Assembly: GCA_047967505.1 (NCBI GenBank)
Contig: CM106538.1
Length of the DNA: 64,000 nt
Strand: one strand, 5' to 3'
Origin: Dipteris shenzhenensis
Taxonomy: Eukaryota
Of the stretch, positions 47,677 to 61,444 are shown one piece after another. The notes below the pieces were generated by a model. It worked only from the letters and a program-made list of their open reading frames with translations, searched no databases and had not been told where the DNA came from. Each line of letters opens with the position of its first letter. Positions within the stretch are counted from its first letter, which is position 1. The position numbers and the translations under genes were made by a program.

Positions 47677-50156
47677 TATTGAGAGTTGTGGTTCCATGAG
47701 CACATGTAGAGCAAAGGTATGAGTAAAGAGGGCAAGTAAAGGGCAAGCTGCCACATGGCATGGAGGAGATATCCCACATGTGAGCAAGCATATGGATGTA
47801 AGTACCCTCACCTATAAAAGGGAGGTTCATTTTAATATCAATCAAGCACTTTGCACTATCTCAAGATTCTCTTTATGAGTCCAAGCTAATCTATCTTGGA
47901 ACCTAATTGACTTGAGGTACATGTCATGAGCACTCTCTTCATCATGTTTGCACTTAGGTTGCATCCTCCTTAGATTAGTGTTGTATTAGGATGTTTTCTC
48001 AGTGACTAGGAGAGCTCGATCCCCCCATTTTACATGGTATCAGAGCTTAGGTCTAGTTCTCCTAGATTAGTTTAAGATTGAGGTTGAGTGTTCTCTTTTA
48101 GTGTTCATTCTTTCATTTTCCCATTGAAAGATTTCCAGTCTTTTCCATTTGTTCATTCCGTTCATGATTAATTGAGTTTGTGAGAGAGAGATATCTTTGG
48201 AGGTTCTTAGAAAATTCCGTGAGTAAGAGAGAATCTGCATGTGTGTCCTTGTGAGAGATAGATAGGGAGAGATCCTATTGTTTCAGAGAGAGAGCCCGAA
48301 GCTCTACTGGTTTTGAGAGAAAGAGAGATTTGTGAGGTTTCCTGTGACTCCTATACCTATAGCAAGAGCTCCTAAGGCTTCACACCAGTCAACTAAGGTA
48401 GAATCTACAGAGGAATCATTCATGTAAATGGCTCTCCAGTAGTAGCAATAGCTTGGCGGTCGTGACACAGAAGCAAGTAGCAACACACTATACAAGGCCA
48501 GGCTTCAGCATCCTATAGCGAATTGAAATGCCTCCTAGCTCATAGCAACGCATCTCCTCCAAGCTCCAGCAGCTTCTCACAATAGCGTCTACCTAGCGCT
48601 GATGAACTACAATAGTACAAAGACACACAGCCAAGCCTCTCGACTCCAAGGTCCACGACCTGCAGCAGCGCCCACAATGCTCCAACAAAGGTTATGCTCA
48701 GGAGCATGATGCTCCAACAAAGGTCACGAATAGCACGATGCACAAATGTCTCCTTCAACCGACAGAATAAGCAATGACACCAACTTGGGTCACTCATGGA
48801 CTATGACAGCCAATAGCTCCAACGAGCCATAACTACACTCCATCACCAAAGCTGCTCTCCAGCCCTCATCTACACCTCTGTGGCCCTCCCGACTCCTGGC
48901 TCTGTGGTTGTAGCCCAAACGAAAGGTAGCTTCCTCAAAATCCATATGCTGCCTCGAGTTGCGAGCCTCCTCATCGTGCGCCTGCAATAGCATCTATGCT
49001 CTCGCGCCGACCACGAGATCTTCACCGCGTCCTCACCGTCTACAGAGAGCTTGCATTTCCTTGTTTTCTAAGGTGTAACCTTGGTACATGTGATAGCAAA
49101 TAAAAAAGACACGTGGCAGATAACACTAAACCTTAGTCAATGGTCAAGAACATCCTAACCATGGTTAAGTTAGTAGGGTTAGGTTGAGTGATTGGACCAT
49201 AGTTAAGTTTTCTTAAGAAGACTGCCACATGTCACAGCAGCACCACCTCAGCATAGTAACCCCTTGCCAAGCACAGTTTGCAAGCAGCATATGAATCCCT
49301 ATGCCACATCATCAAGCCCCCTCTTCTTCACAAAAACTTCAACAAGGCGTAACTTCCAATCCAGGAAGAATTTGGACATGCTCCAAAAAGAGAAAGTGAT
49401 CATCTTTTCGAGCTCTATGGCCTATTAGATCAAAATCATTGTTAGCAATTAGACACTGCCATTGAAGCAAAACAAAGCTAATGGTAAGACCTTTGCAACA
49501 AATGACAAATCAAAGCATGAATGCACACATCATTGTCATAAGCATGCCAAAAGCACAAGTGCATGAGATGACCATAGCTCGAAGCATGGCATCCACACAT
49601 AAAGCATCAAGGCACATGGAAGAACAAAGCATCATGCATGAAGCTACACAAGGAAGAAGATGAAGAACCAGCAGGTCAACTACACAGCATCATCATCAAG
49701 CCATGAGCCAAAACATGACATCAATGGAATGTATTGAGAAACAAAAACCTTGCCAACCTTGCCTATATTTTGTAATCAAACCTGACCACCTGAGAGTAGC
49801 TATGAAAGCACCCAGGGGAGGATTTGATCTTGTAACTCACATCTGACCACCTTGCAGTAGCCAAAGGATCATGGCACCAAGGGGAGGTGTTGAGAGTTGT
49901 GGTGCCATGAGCACATGTAGAGCAAAGGTATGAGTAAAGGGCAAGCTGCCACATGGCATGGAGGAGATATCCCATATGTGAGCAAGCATATGGATGTAAG
50001 TACCCTCACCTATAAAAGGGAGGTTCATTTTAATATCAATCAAGCACTTTGCACTATCTCAAGATTCTCTTCATGAGTCCAAGCTAATCTATCTTGGAAC
50101 CTAATTGACTTGAGGTACATGTCATGAGCACTCTCTTCATCGTGTTTACACTTAGG
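47677..50156 (+). mobile_element. Non-autonomous LTR retroelement with a truncated 3' LTR
   Basis: 5' LTR 47677-48034 is followed by PBS tggtatcagagc (48035-48046). PPT aaggggagg precedes a near-identical 3' LTR from 49888 that breaks off near 50156. The interior of about 1.85 kb lacks gag/pol motifs. Confidence 0.9.
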
Positions 50157-50199
50157 CATCTTTTAAGATTTAGGCTTTTAGACACTAGCCATTGGTAGT

Positions 50200-51023
50200 G
50201 AAGCTTAAAGCAATGCTACATGAATAGTGTTTCATGTTGTTTGTCATTCAAAATACAAAAGATGGATTGCTTTTTTGTGCCTCCCATCTCCCAACAATAG
50301 AAAAAATGAATCGTGATGGTACATTCATAAATGCATCCATTGGACTTCATTCTACACTTTGAATGCATTTGCAAAGTCAATAAGTGAAACCACCGCATCA
50401 TTTGGAAAGTTTTCAATGCAATCTTTAAATTGAGAGTGCTGCATTTGCAAATAGCATAGGTACAATTTAGAAGATGCGACAACTTATAGTAGAGAATATG
50501 CGATTATCCTTGAGGACATTGGTATCTACATCCATCATTCATAAGATTAGCACAAACAACATAGGCAATTCACAAACTTGGTTTCCTCATAATCTATTGG
50601 ATTCCATCCTTTTGCAAACTCATCAAGTGGATATGCAAAAAACCTACTGTAGTCCTACATGTACTTGATGAGTTCTTTTAACTCACTTGAATACCATATA
50701 TGTGCCTAGAGATCTAAAGTCTTATTAAGCACCCAAAGAATCTCCTCTTCCTTATCTATAGGGATGCTTATATGAAGATCCTTTCATGTGACTATCTAGT
50801 CATTCCAAATGTAGGTGCAAGTGATCCACTCATCCAATGCATTTTGGGTGTTGTGGAACATAAAACAAGTCACCATATTGCATGGTCATGTAGTATTGTT
50901 CCTCGCCATGCTTGCACGGAAATGGAGAGCTTGTAATAGAGAGAAGGTAGTAATAGAGGTCACAATAGCAATAACGGACCTCTAATACAAGGTCAGTGAA
51001 TAGGGTGGATCTTGGGGGGAGAG

Positions 51024-51108
<85 letters not shown>

Positions 51109-52950
51109 CTCCAATAGAGGTAGATGAGAGGGAGAGACACATACAAAGGTAGAGAGAGGATGGGTATAGAGTGTGCAACCCAGAGCTAGAGGGGATAGCA
51201 AGGTAGCTACAAAAGGTGCTATAGGGTGCTATAGCCACAAAATCAAAAAATGGAGGGAGAAATAGTTAGGCCAGAGTAAGAGAGGGTAGAGTAAGAGGGG
51301 AAAGAGAATGAAGGGGCAAAGCAAGAGGGGACAGTGTAGTAGGAGGCTGAATAGTTGCCAGGTACTACAATCAGAATTTTGAAAAGTGGAGGGAGAAAAC
51401 AATTGAATAGAGGCACAAAGAAAGAGGAGGCATGCATGTAATAGACCAAATGAGAAGAGAAGCTCACCCGAAAGGTCCCACAAAAGTCTGATCTAGGGCA
51501 GATGCACATGGGAGGTTCAAGAATGGGTTAAGGGGGCTGAGGATGGTTTGGGTTGTCCCTAGTGTAAGAACAACAAATATGGGCTATCTGCACGACTACC
51601 CACCCTCCATCTCAACATGGCATTGCACCTTTGAAAAGAGCCCTCTAATTGCTACACCTCAAATCCCTCACTAATTTCTCCCCTAATGGTTTCACAAAAC
51701 CATGGGTTATTAAACCACATGTGAAAAACCATGTCGTCCCCCATCTTTGGACCAAAATTGTGCTCCAAACTGATGGGCTCCTACCAAAACTAGGAAGGAA
51801 GTACTAGTTCTATGTGAGGCACATATACTAGTGGGCACCACTAAAATAGTCTCTATTAGGATCTTCTCCTCCATGCATTTATTCCATGGTCCTCCTACAT
51901 CATCGTGCTCCTCTAACGTTCTCTTGTAGGCGCCCTCTTTCCTTCTTCTCTCCATGCCTTTTTTTCACAAAAATACTACATGGATGATGCTAGACATCTC
52001 TTCTTTGATTTTTTTCTCAATTCCTAAGGTGAACTTGCATTGTTTCCCTATGATCAGGTTGGTTGGTTGATGGATAATAGCTCTTAATATAGAGATTCAC
52101 CTAAAGAAATTGGTGTTTGCTTGAATTTTACGCATTGTTTTTATGTTTTGCATGTTGAAGCTTTTCTTACTTCAATATTGAATACTAGATGATGTTAGAA
52201 ACATTCTAGAGCTTCATTATTTTCTTTATCTATTTTGTTTGTAAGAAGCATGGAGATCACTTATGGGATAGCATTTTCAAGATCTTGGGATGATAAGGAC
52301 ACATGTTTAAGGATGTCAAGTAGTGCCTTGATCCGGGAAATGTTTAAGGAAGTCAAGTAGTGCCTTGATCCATTGATCAAGGGCTTGAAGGAAATGTATC
52401 CTTGGCAACCTAGTAAAGTCTCCTTGGGGTGGGGTTCTCTATTAGGTCCCATATCATGTGCCATCATCAATTATTATGGTTGCATACAATTTGTGAGTTT
52501 TTCTTTTAACCATTTTCAATTCAATTTCATTCGTGAGATCTCTCTTCACAAAAAGGGTAATTCATGTGCTTCAATTAATAATATGTACATGGAAGCATTG
52601 CCATTTTCACTTGTAAATCATACCCTACCCACATGCATATAGCAAGAACATATGTGTGATCATGATTGCAAACACTTGTTTAAGGAAATGGTCTTATAAT
52701 GAGTTTATTTCCTCACATGTACATGATAATTCATAAAGTCATGTGGATCTAGTTAAGGTTCACGAATTAGGATGCAAGATTTACATGCACTTCAAACCCT
52801 GGTTATTAAGAATCAAAACATAAGATGTTAGATTCAAGAGTAGAACACCTCATTGGATGATAGAAAATATAAGCAAATACAAAATGGACTACACCATTGC
52901 AAAGCAACACTATCATAAAGTCTACACCTTTCAACTTTCAACAAAATTCA
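50200..52950 (-). mobile_element. Highly decayed Gypsy pol fragments interleaved with LTR-like and microsatellite sequence
   Basis: Short RT/RNase H/integrase-like translations in broken frames. Boundaries are approximate. Confidence 0.35.
51032..51104. repeat. (AG)n microsatellite
   Basis: Directly visible. Confidence 0.95.
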
Positions 52951-54141
52951 AATTAGAAGACATGGAGTGCTCAAATTCTTCGATGGAAGCAGCACACAAT
53001 GTCTCTTCTAAAATGAGAGGCACTTACATCATGTAAAATGTAGAGAGGAGAGAGGAAGAGAGTTTGCTACATGACCCTAGAGTGTAGATCTTTACTGAAA
53101 GGTGAAGAGAAATGCTGTTATATACATGGAACCCCTTAGTTTTAGAATTAGGGTCTTCATCTCTTATCCCCTGCCTCTTGATCACTCTCTAGTTTACACA
53201 CACTATTAAAATAGAATGATGTGGAGGTCGTCATCTCCAACAATACTTCTTGAACTACGCAAGGGAGAAAGACATAATAGAGAGGATCGTAAGCTCTAAC
53301 ACTATGTTGAGAAGAGTGTTAAAGTGGGAAAGGATAGGATGGAGGGAGAGGGAAGGACCTAGCATAGATCTGCACTTCTATTTGAATATGTGGGATATAA
53401 GCTTATATACATAACCTTTTTTTGGAATGTTATTAGTATGTGTGTGGTGTGTAGAGTTATAGGCAAAACATGTATACCTTCAACCATGGACCCCTTCTTT
53501 ACAAGCCTCTTCATTTCTCATTTCTTTAATCAAATACAATGATCCTCTAGTATTTCTCATGCCTTATCTTGTCACCCTCTATTTTACACAAGGGTGTCTT
53601 CACACCACGATCACAAATAGATAACTAAATAGGCATGCATTATTTTGGCCATAACTTTTGTTTGAAATAAAAAATAGGTTGAAGTTTTGGAAAGATGACT
53701 TCAAGCTCTATGACGTTATTAAAAAATTCATTCTCCAAATTAGAGTGCAAACCAAAAGAAATTACAGATTACAAAGATTGAATTTTCTGTCTAGATTTGA
53801 GGTTGCATGCTTGAAGAGTGCAAAATGATCAGGTATGAGCACATTAGAAGCACTTATAATGCATTTAATCAAGTTTTGGCAAATCATTAAGGTCATGGTG
53901 ATGTGCAATACGCTAATGTATGATAGAAATATAGGTTTAGAACCATGGATGCAAGTTACTAAAACACGTCATATCTCATAAAGAAAGTTGACCCAAAGTG
54001 CAATTGATTGTTTCTATGCAATGGAAATCAATGAAAGCATTTTAATGCCTTGAAGCTATTGCTAAAATTGCATTTTTGGTTGGATGTGCATGCCTATGGT
54101 GTGATACTTGTGTCGCATGACATAGACATTGTGGTGGCATA

Positions 54142-56930
54142 TTGTTGTTTGGTCAATTTATGCATTTAGCTGGATATAGCATTATGGGTGAGAGATCACA
54201 GGTCACGCAGATTGTCACAGCAGACAGTGAAAAGCTTACAAAAGACAAATTTAGTGTTTGGTCCTATACAATGGAGAATTTCATCATGGGAAAAGGTTAT
54301 TGGGAATTAATCACACATGAGGATATGTATCCTAAGTTGCCTAAGGAGGATCCATCGAAGCAAGTGAAAGTTTACAAGGAATGCACTTTGTGTGAGTGAC
54401 TATGCTTGATTTTGAAGAACTAGTGGAGCTGTGTATGACTAAGGAAATATTGCTAGGCTTAGGTGCATCTAGTAGTGAATCCCATAAAGATCAAGTATTT
54501 TATCGAAATCAGAATAAATGTGGAGGCTATAGAGGTCATGGTGGCTGTAATAAAGGCCATGGACATGAGGCCTATGCCCGCGGATACCATGTGTGTATAG
54601 GTAATTTTGTGCCAAGAGGAGGTGACTACATGCATAGCGGAAAGGGGAGAGCACAATCCCATGAAAGAGGCCACATAGGGACTATGAAGCATGATGGAGT
54701 ATGCCACTTTTGTGTAAAATATAGACACTTCAAGCAAGATTGGCATCTCAAGAAAATTTAGAAGTAGTGGAGGTTGATGGTGTCTATGTGGGCATGAAGA
54801 TGGTTTAGGATATAAAGGGAACAAATTTGAAAGCAGGTATAGCAATCATCTTTTTGTCATGAAGCATGTACTTGGAAGTATGACAAAGCCATAGCATATT
54901 GATAACTAGTTTCTTGACTTGGAAGGATGACAAATTGATGACTAGTTATTTGACTTGAGAGTTACAAACCACATCACATATCACAGGGAATGGTTTGACT
55001 GCAAGATGATATGCAAACATATGAGTTTGTGGCTACTAGAGATGACACCATGCATACGATTACTCACATAGGGACTATGACTCCACTAGATAAGGATGGC
55101 ATGCAAAATGTGTTAGGTGATGTATTATCTGTGCCTAATATCTCAAAGAACCTTGCATCAACCTTACAAATGGCTGAACAAAGATTTCAAGTTTGCTTCA
55201 ATAGTTTTGGGTGCTTTGTCCAGTAATTCCATAATGGCCAACAAGGGAGATTACATGCAAGTGATGTGAGAAAGGAAGGTTCTTTACCTTGGATGCTAGA
55301 AAGCCATATGTGTAGCAAGGCATGTATGTTAAGAAAGGACATGGGTATGATGCTGTAGTAGAACTGTGGCATAATAGAATTGGTCATGCTAATTTGCAAG
55401 GGTTGAATCTATGTAGTTGAGAGAGAGTGTGCGTGGGCTACCCTAATGTGCTCACTTGAACTTTGAGCATGTATGTGAGGCATGTCAGTTTGGGAAGCAA
55501 TCCCTCCTCCCATTTACAATGAGTTGGAGAATTAGTCAATATCCTTCGTTCAAATATTTGGGGACCATGCAAGAATGTGAGACTGTCAAGCTCACAATAA
55601 TATATCGCATTTTATAGCTCTATAACTTGGTTATATTTTTTGAAGGTTGAAAGTAAGGCGTTTGAAGAATTTTGCAAGTACAAAATGATGGTTGAGAAGG
55701 AACTTGAGTGTTACATAAAGTGTCTGCACACAGATATCTCTTAGGAGAGTTTGATGCATGCTTGTGTAAGCAAGGAATATAGAGACAAGCTACATGTAGG
55801 TAAAAGAGAGTGGTGGAGAGGAAGAATAGGATCATTGCTAAAATTGCTCTTGCAATGATGAATTAAATGTACATGTTGTTGAGCTACTAAGTAGAGACTA
55901 TGCATACGGATTTTGACATCATGAATAGGATATCCAGGAGAGTTACACATGAGATATCACCATATGAGAAGTTTATGGGATTACGCCAATGAATGGCTTA
56001 CATGAAAGTGTTTGGCTATATATGTTATGTGCGTACTCAATAAAGTGAGCAGAAAGATGGATGTACTCAGTAAAGTGTTTGGCTATTTATGTTATGTGCA
56101 TGTACTCAATAAAGTGAACAGAAAGATAGAGCTAAGGGCAATGAACGTGTTTTTCTTAGCTATCTTGTGGAAAAGAAAGGATACAGGTGCTATGACCTAC
56201 ATATGAGGCAAAACTTGCATTAGTCAGGATGCTCACTTTAGCGAGCATGAGTCTTGGTATCAACCCAAACTGATTACGGTTGAGGATGCATATGAGGGAC
56301 AGGATGAGGGCTGAAATTCAGCATGCTAGTCTTCCCAGTAGGATGATGGACCATCACAATAAGTAGAGACTATGCACACGGATTTTGACATGAAGGACCT
56401 AGGAGATCTCAGGTACTCCTTAGGCATTGAGGTCATTGACACACCTATAGGGATATAGATGGTACAAACCCTTGAAATGTAGAAGTATGGCATGATGGCA
56501 TGCAAGCCAGTAGATACACCACTTGACTAGAATGTCAAGATGTTTGATGATAGGAGATATGTCTAGGATGTGACTATGCATTAGAACATGGTGGGGAGTC
56601 TCATATACATAACCATTATTCAATTAGATTTGAGTTATGTTGTTGGTGTGATAAGTTAGTTTATGCAATAGCCATGTAGGATTCATCTTGATGTCCTTAT
56701 ATAGATTTTATAGTATGTGAAGGCTACTACAAGCTATGGGATATTTTATGCAAAAGGAGGAAGCATGTGCACGTATGGATACACCCATGTAGATTCGGAT
56801 AGCAACATTATGGATGGACAATCCACTAGTGGGTATACTTTCTCATTGGGTAGTCCTATGGCTAGTTGCAGTAGCAAGAAGCATCCTACAATAGCCTTGT
56901 TGAGCACCGAAAGAGTAAGAGACATGCTTG
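54142..56930 (+). mobile_element. Copia retrotransposon relic (gag to RNase H, internally deleted)
   Basis: KLTKDKFSVWSYTMENFIMGKGYWE, CHFCVKYRHFKQD, DVLSVPNISKNLAS, VCEACQFGKQ, VVERKNR, KVFGYLCYVHV, MKDLGDLRYSLGIEV and STSGYTFSLGSPMASCSSKKHPTIALLSTE. Confidence 0.92.
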
Positions 56931-58099
56931 AGTGAGACATGCGATTTTGGAGCAACGGGAGTTGTTGGTTTTGCAAGTAACTAGGGGAAAAAAGAGTTTA
57001 TATGATAGTCATAACATGGATGGATTGGGTTAATACGGGAATTGTTTGGGGTGGAAGACTGCTTAGAAAGAAGAAAAAACCAAAAGAAAGAGAAAATTGC
57101 TCCGCGAGCAATAAAGTGAGTCAAAAGGAAACACCACGATGACTTAAATGTAATAAGTGCAACCATCCAAAGATGATGGGATGAGGGAGAAGGAGCCGAA
57201 AGAGGGTTGTTGAGAGCTTTTGATTGGAGTGAAACATCCCATGAAAATTTCTGAAAGGAAAACAAGACACAAGTTACAGAAGGGAGTCAAGAAGCCAAAA
57301 AAGGCCTTAATGACTTAAGTGTACTATGTGCAATCGTCCAGAGTTGCAGGGGAAAGGACATGTGTGTGGAAGACAAGACAACAACCCCTTTTGCATAGTG
57401 AAAAGGCAAAATAGTTAGGATAAAGGATAGAAAGAGAACATTATAGACTTAAGTAAGAGTTTGAGTATGTAGGTAAAGCACCTACAAAATTGCATAAAAA
57501 GTATATAAGAGCTTTGATAAGAAATGACAATAATGTTTTGGTGAAAAAAAATTGGAGCTTGGTGAAGTTTTGATAAGCATCTCTTTTATTGAAAGAGGAG
57601 AGTCTACATACCTGCCACCATCCAACAAGAAAACATGGTAAGAACCAGCTTAACTTTAATTGGGAAGACAGGTGTCATAAACATCAGGGTCACAATAAAA
57701 TAGTGGCTTAAACATAGACTTAAACAGCTCAATGTAGACTTTAAAGGTGTTAAAAAAGGGGCCTAGAGAGAATTTGAAAAAAAGGATAAAGGATTTAAAA
57801 AGTTAGTTTTAAAAAGTTAATAAAAATAATTGGGGGGAATCAAGTGAAATTAGGGGAAATTATGGGGAAGGAAGAGGAAAAAATAGGGAAGAAAATAGGA
57901 GAAAATTGTTTAAAGATGCGCGAGGGGGAGGGTGAGAGAAAAATTTAGAGCTTTAAGAAAGAAATTGAAAAAAAATTAGGAGAAAATACGAAAAATTAGG
58001 GAGTGTTTGTGAGATAAAGGAAAAAGGATTAGAAAAAATAGGAAAAGGGAGAATTAAGAAATTAAGTGGATGTAAAAGAAAAAGGAGAATAGTAAGTGT

Positions 58100-58100
58100 A

Positions 58101-58171
<71 letters not shown>
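58100..58171. repeat. Compound (TG)n(AG)n microsatellite
   Basis: Directly visible. Similar tracts occur at 60634-60670 and 62003-62025. Confidence 0.95.
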
Positions 58172-58175
<4 letters not shown>

Positions 58176-59019
58176 GGGAGGGAGGGAGGAACACCCATGT
58201 GTGAAGCATGTTGTTCTACATAAACAAGTATTTGTTGGTGCTGTGTTGAAAGGAACCTTTAAGTCAGAATAAATACACTATAGGTAGTATAGAAAGAAGA
58301 ATTTTTGGTATCTAGATTGATCAACAGTTAAGAGGAGCTTTACCTGGCACACAGTCATGGGCAGGGTGTGAGTAATTCTTAGGAATCTAATGTAGTACAC
58401 AAACATAAATGATGCCATTTTTGTTTCATGTACCACTGTCATTCTAGCCACATTGAAATATCCAGACAGCTATTCACGATCATGCAGGATATACTCAAAA
58501 GTATATACATGGTGCAAAAGGCATAACCTTTTTATTAAAAAATTAATGACTTGTAGGAAGTGTAGCATTTACATGTACTGCCTATAATATTCTATCATTT
58601 AAGTTATAGATTTAAGGAAACTTTAAAAAGGAGTCATATAAGCATGGTTTAGGAATTATTAGTTTTACCAAGGTATATTCTCATGTCATAGGCCTTTCTC
58701 AAACTTGGAAGGTAAGTATGATCATATTCCATTCATGGAGAGTTTCCCTAAATAAGTACATGAGTGTAAGTTTGATCAATCTTGAATCAAATAAATTAGA
58801 AATATGTTTACTCTGTAAAAGCATGTGGTAAAAAATGATTTATATAGTTAACCCGAAATATAAGTAAACTAATATCATTCCTAGTGCCTGGTATTGACCA
58901 GATCAGCATACTACCATACTAATTGAGATCAAATTACCAAGGTTAGTCTACCACCACTAATTTTTAAAAGAAAAGGTCTTTAAAATAATCTTTTGCAAGA
59001 ATCCACTATTTTTTGGCAG

Positions 59020-59250
59020 GGCACAGAATTATAAAAAAGTGAAAGCCAAAATTCGAGCCAAATATTTATCATGTTGAGCTTTATGAACTATTATTTTGTA
59101 GGACACAGAAGTATAGAAAAATGAAATAAAAAAGTTAGGCCGAATATTTATCATGTTGAGCTTTATAAATTACTAATTTGTAAGACATAGAAGTATAGAA
59201 AAGGGAAAGTCAAAAATCAAGCCAAATATTTATGATATTGAGCTTTATGA
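59020..59250. repeat. Three tandem copies of a unit of about 81 bp
   Basis: acagaagtatagaaaa...gccaaatatttatcatgttgagctttat is repeated three times. Confidence 0.85.
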
Positions 59251-60632
59251 CCATTCAATAGAGTAACTAAATGTTTATGAAAAGACCTATTTAAAAATTA
59301 TTGCTTCCTAAAAAAGAGAATCGACACGTGTAGAGAAGAGAAAGTACCATGATTTCATTTTTGGTTGATTGCTTTACCAACTAAAACAAAAAAGAAAGAT
59401 TACAAGTCCACAATATCTCACAAAATGTTGCATGGCACTGTATATGCGATGAAAATGATCTTCTAAGAGGAATATTTATTCAAAGATTATACCGAAATTT
59501 GAGCACACAAGAACATACCGTCCTATGTTATCAGTTATTGTTATACTCGAGTGAAGGCGAGAGGAAAAAGAGGTCATCACATTGCTATATGTTAGCTAAG
59601 ACATGTTATAAGAGAAAAGTCTGTACAACGAATTCAATAGCAAAAAATGCAAAATATAGGGACATGGATCATAAAGCATACTCACTATTAGTTGGTGTTA
59701 TGTAGGGCATGAAACATAAAGCATACCTTGGTTATTTAGAAGGAGAATCACAAAAACCCATTGATTATACTAGGATAATATCATGTTATGCTACAGATCA
59801 TTTAATTAGCAAGCAAGTATTTTGAGATCTAGAGCATCAGAACTAATGAAGGTACTCCACGAGAAACTTGTATTGAATCACTACGAAAAACACATGCAAA
59901 TGAAGCACCACTTGAGCTTAAAAAGAAAACATTGCCAATACAAGGAAGCTAAGGCAGATCATGCATCACTGTTTATATTCATCCATTCGCATTTCTAGCC
60001 AAGTACCAAAACAAAATAGGAACGATGCAAGTAGTGTAGATTGTGGGCATAACCAAGTCAGAAAGGGACTCCAGAATAGGAAGGGTTTGGATAGTATATT
60101 ACCTAACCATGATATGTCCCTTTGTGTAATTAGGAAGGGGCATTTCACGCTTTGGTGAGGTACTTAGAGTATAAAATATGCAAACATTATTGTGTGAGAG
60201 ATTTTTATTACCCGTGACACATGTGCGTCATGAGTGGGGAATCCCTACTAAAGTTAGAATTCGAAAACCTCCTTCCTTTTTCATTTGCAATTCTTTCAAG
60301 GCAGTTTTTGGAAATGGGGAATGCACACACACATGTACCACAAGAATGGTAATGTCTGTCAGCCCTAGCCTTCAAGAATGTGCACTATCTTCTTTGGATG
60401 GCCAAGGTACTTAGTAAAATGCATATGTCTCATGGAGACTTGGGTCTTGTTTGGATGGCCAAGGTAGTTCATAAAAAGAGTAATTGAGCTCTAAGAATGA
60501 CCTTGTAGATGCAAGTGCAATAAAAGTAGAGTTATATTTTGCCTTTGCACCACGTGAAAATGCTAAAATGGTCGACAAGTTGAACACATACAAAGAGAAC
60601 TCACTAGTGTCAAAGGTCATCATACTTTTATA

Positions 60633-60677
<45 letters not shown>

Positions 60678-61444
60678 TCACATCAATAACTAATCTCTTT
60701 AAAGAGCACACGAGCCCTTGACCTTTTGATTTTACTTAAAAAAAGGAAATGTCATAAGAGTGATCTTTAAATTATACTAAGCGTACTACTGGAGAGAGAA
60801 AAAAAAACTTGCACACTTGCTTATTACCACCCATGTGCTTGCTTACTCATGTGATCCGAAGTGCCCAAGGAAAGGTAAGGCGGGCGGGGGTGCAAGGTTG
60901 GCTGGCCTAAAGGTAGTCATGGGAGTTTACTAGATGACACACGACTCACGAGCACCTTGAGGATTTGAAGGGGGATGTGGACGCAGAATGCTATACCACC
61001 TGAAACCTAGAAGAAAATGAATGCTGACTAGAGTGTAGTTGGGAAAGTGAAAGATGTGACATGATGGAAACTTTGCATAGAAGAAAAGAGTAAAGAAAAG
61101 GGTGTGAAAGGGCGAATGGTACGAGGAGGCAATTGCTCTCAGAGATTTTAATTTTGAGAGCCCAAATTAATTCATCTGCCTCTGCCTGCTAAATTAATTC
61201 ATTTGCTTGCTGCAAACATCAAGGGAGGAACAAAGAAAGGAGTTCAAAGTAATGGTGCGATCTGAGGTAACTTGAGCTTGGGAACTTCTTCTTCTTCCTT
61301 TTGTGCTTTCGATGCTGTCTGCTTATTCTACCGTTGTTGTATCATCATTACTTTCTACTGTATACAGAAACACAGCACTTAAGCAAAGTTCAAACCAGTG
61401 AGTGAGACTTATTAGCAGAGCAGCAGCAGGGGTTCGAGCTCGCT

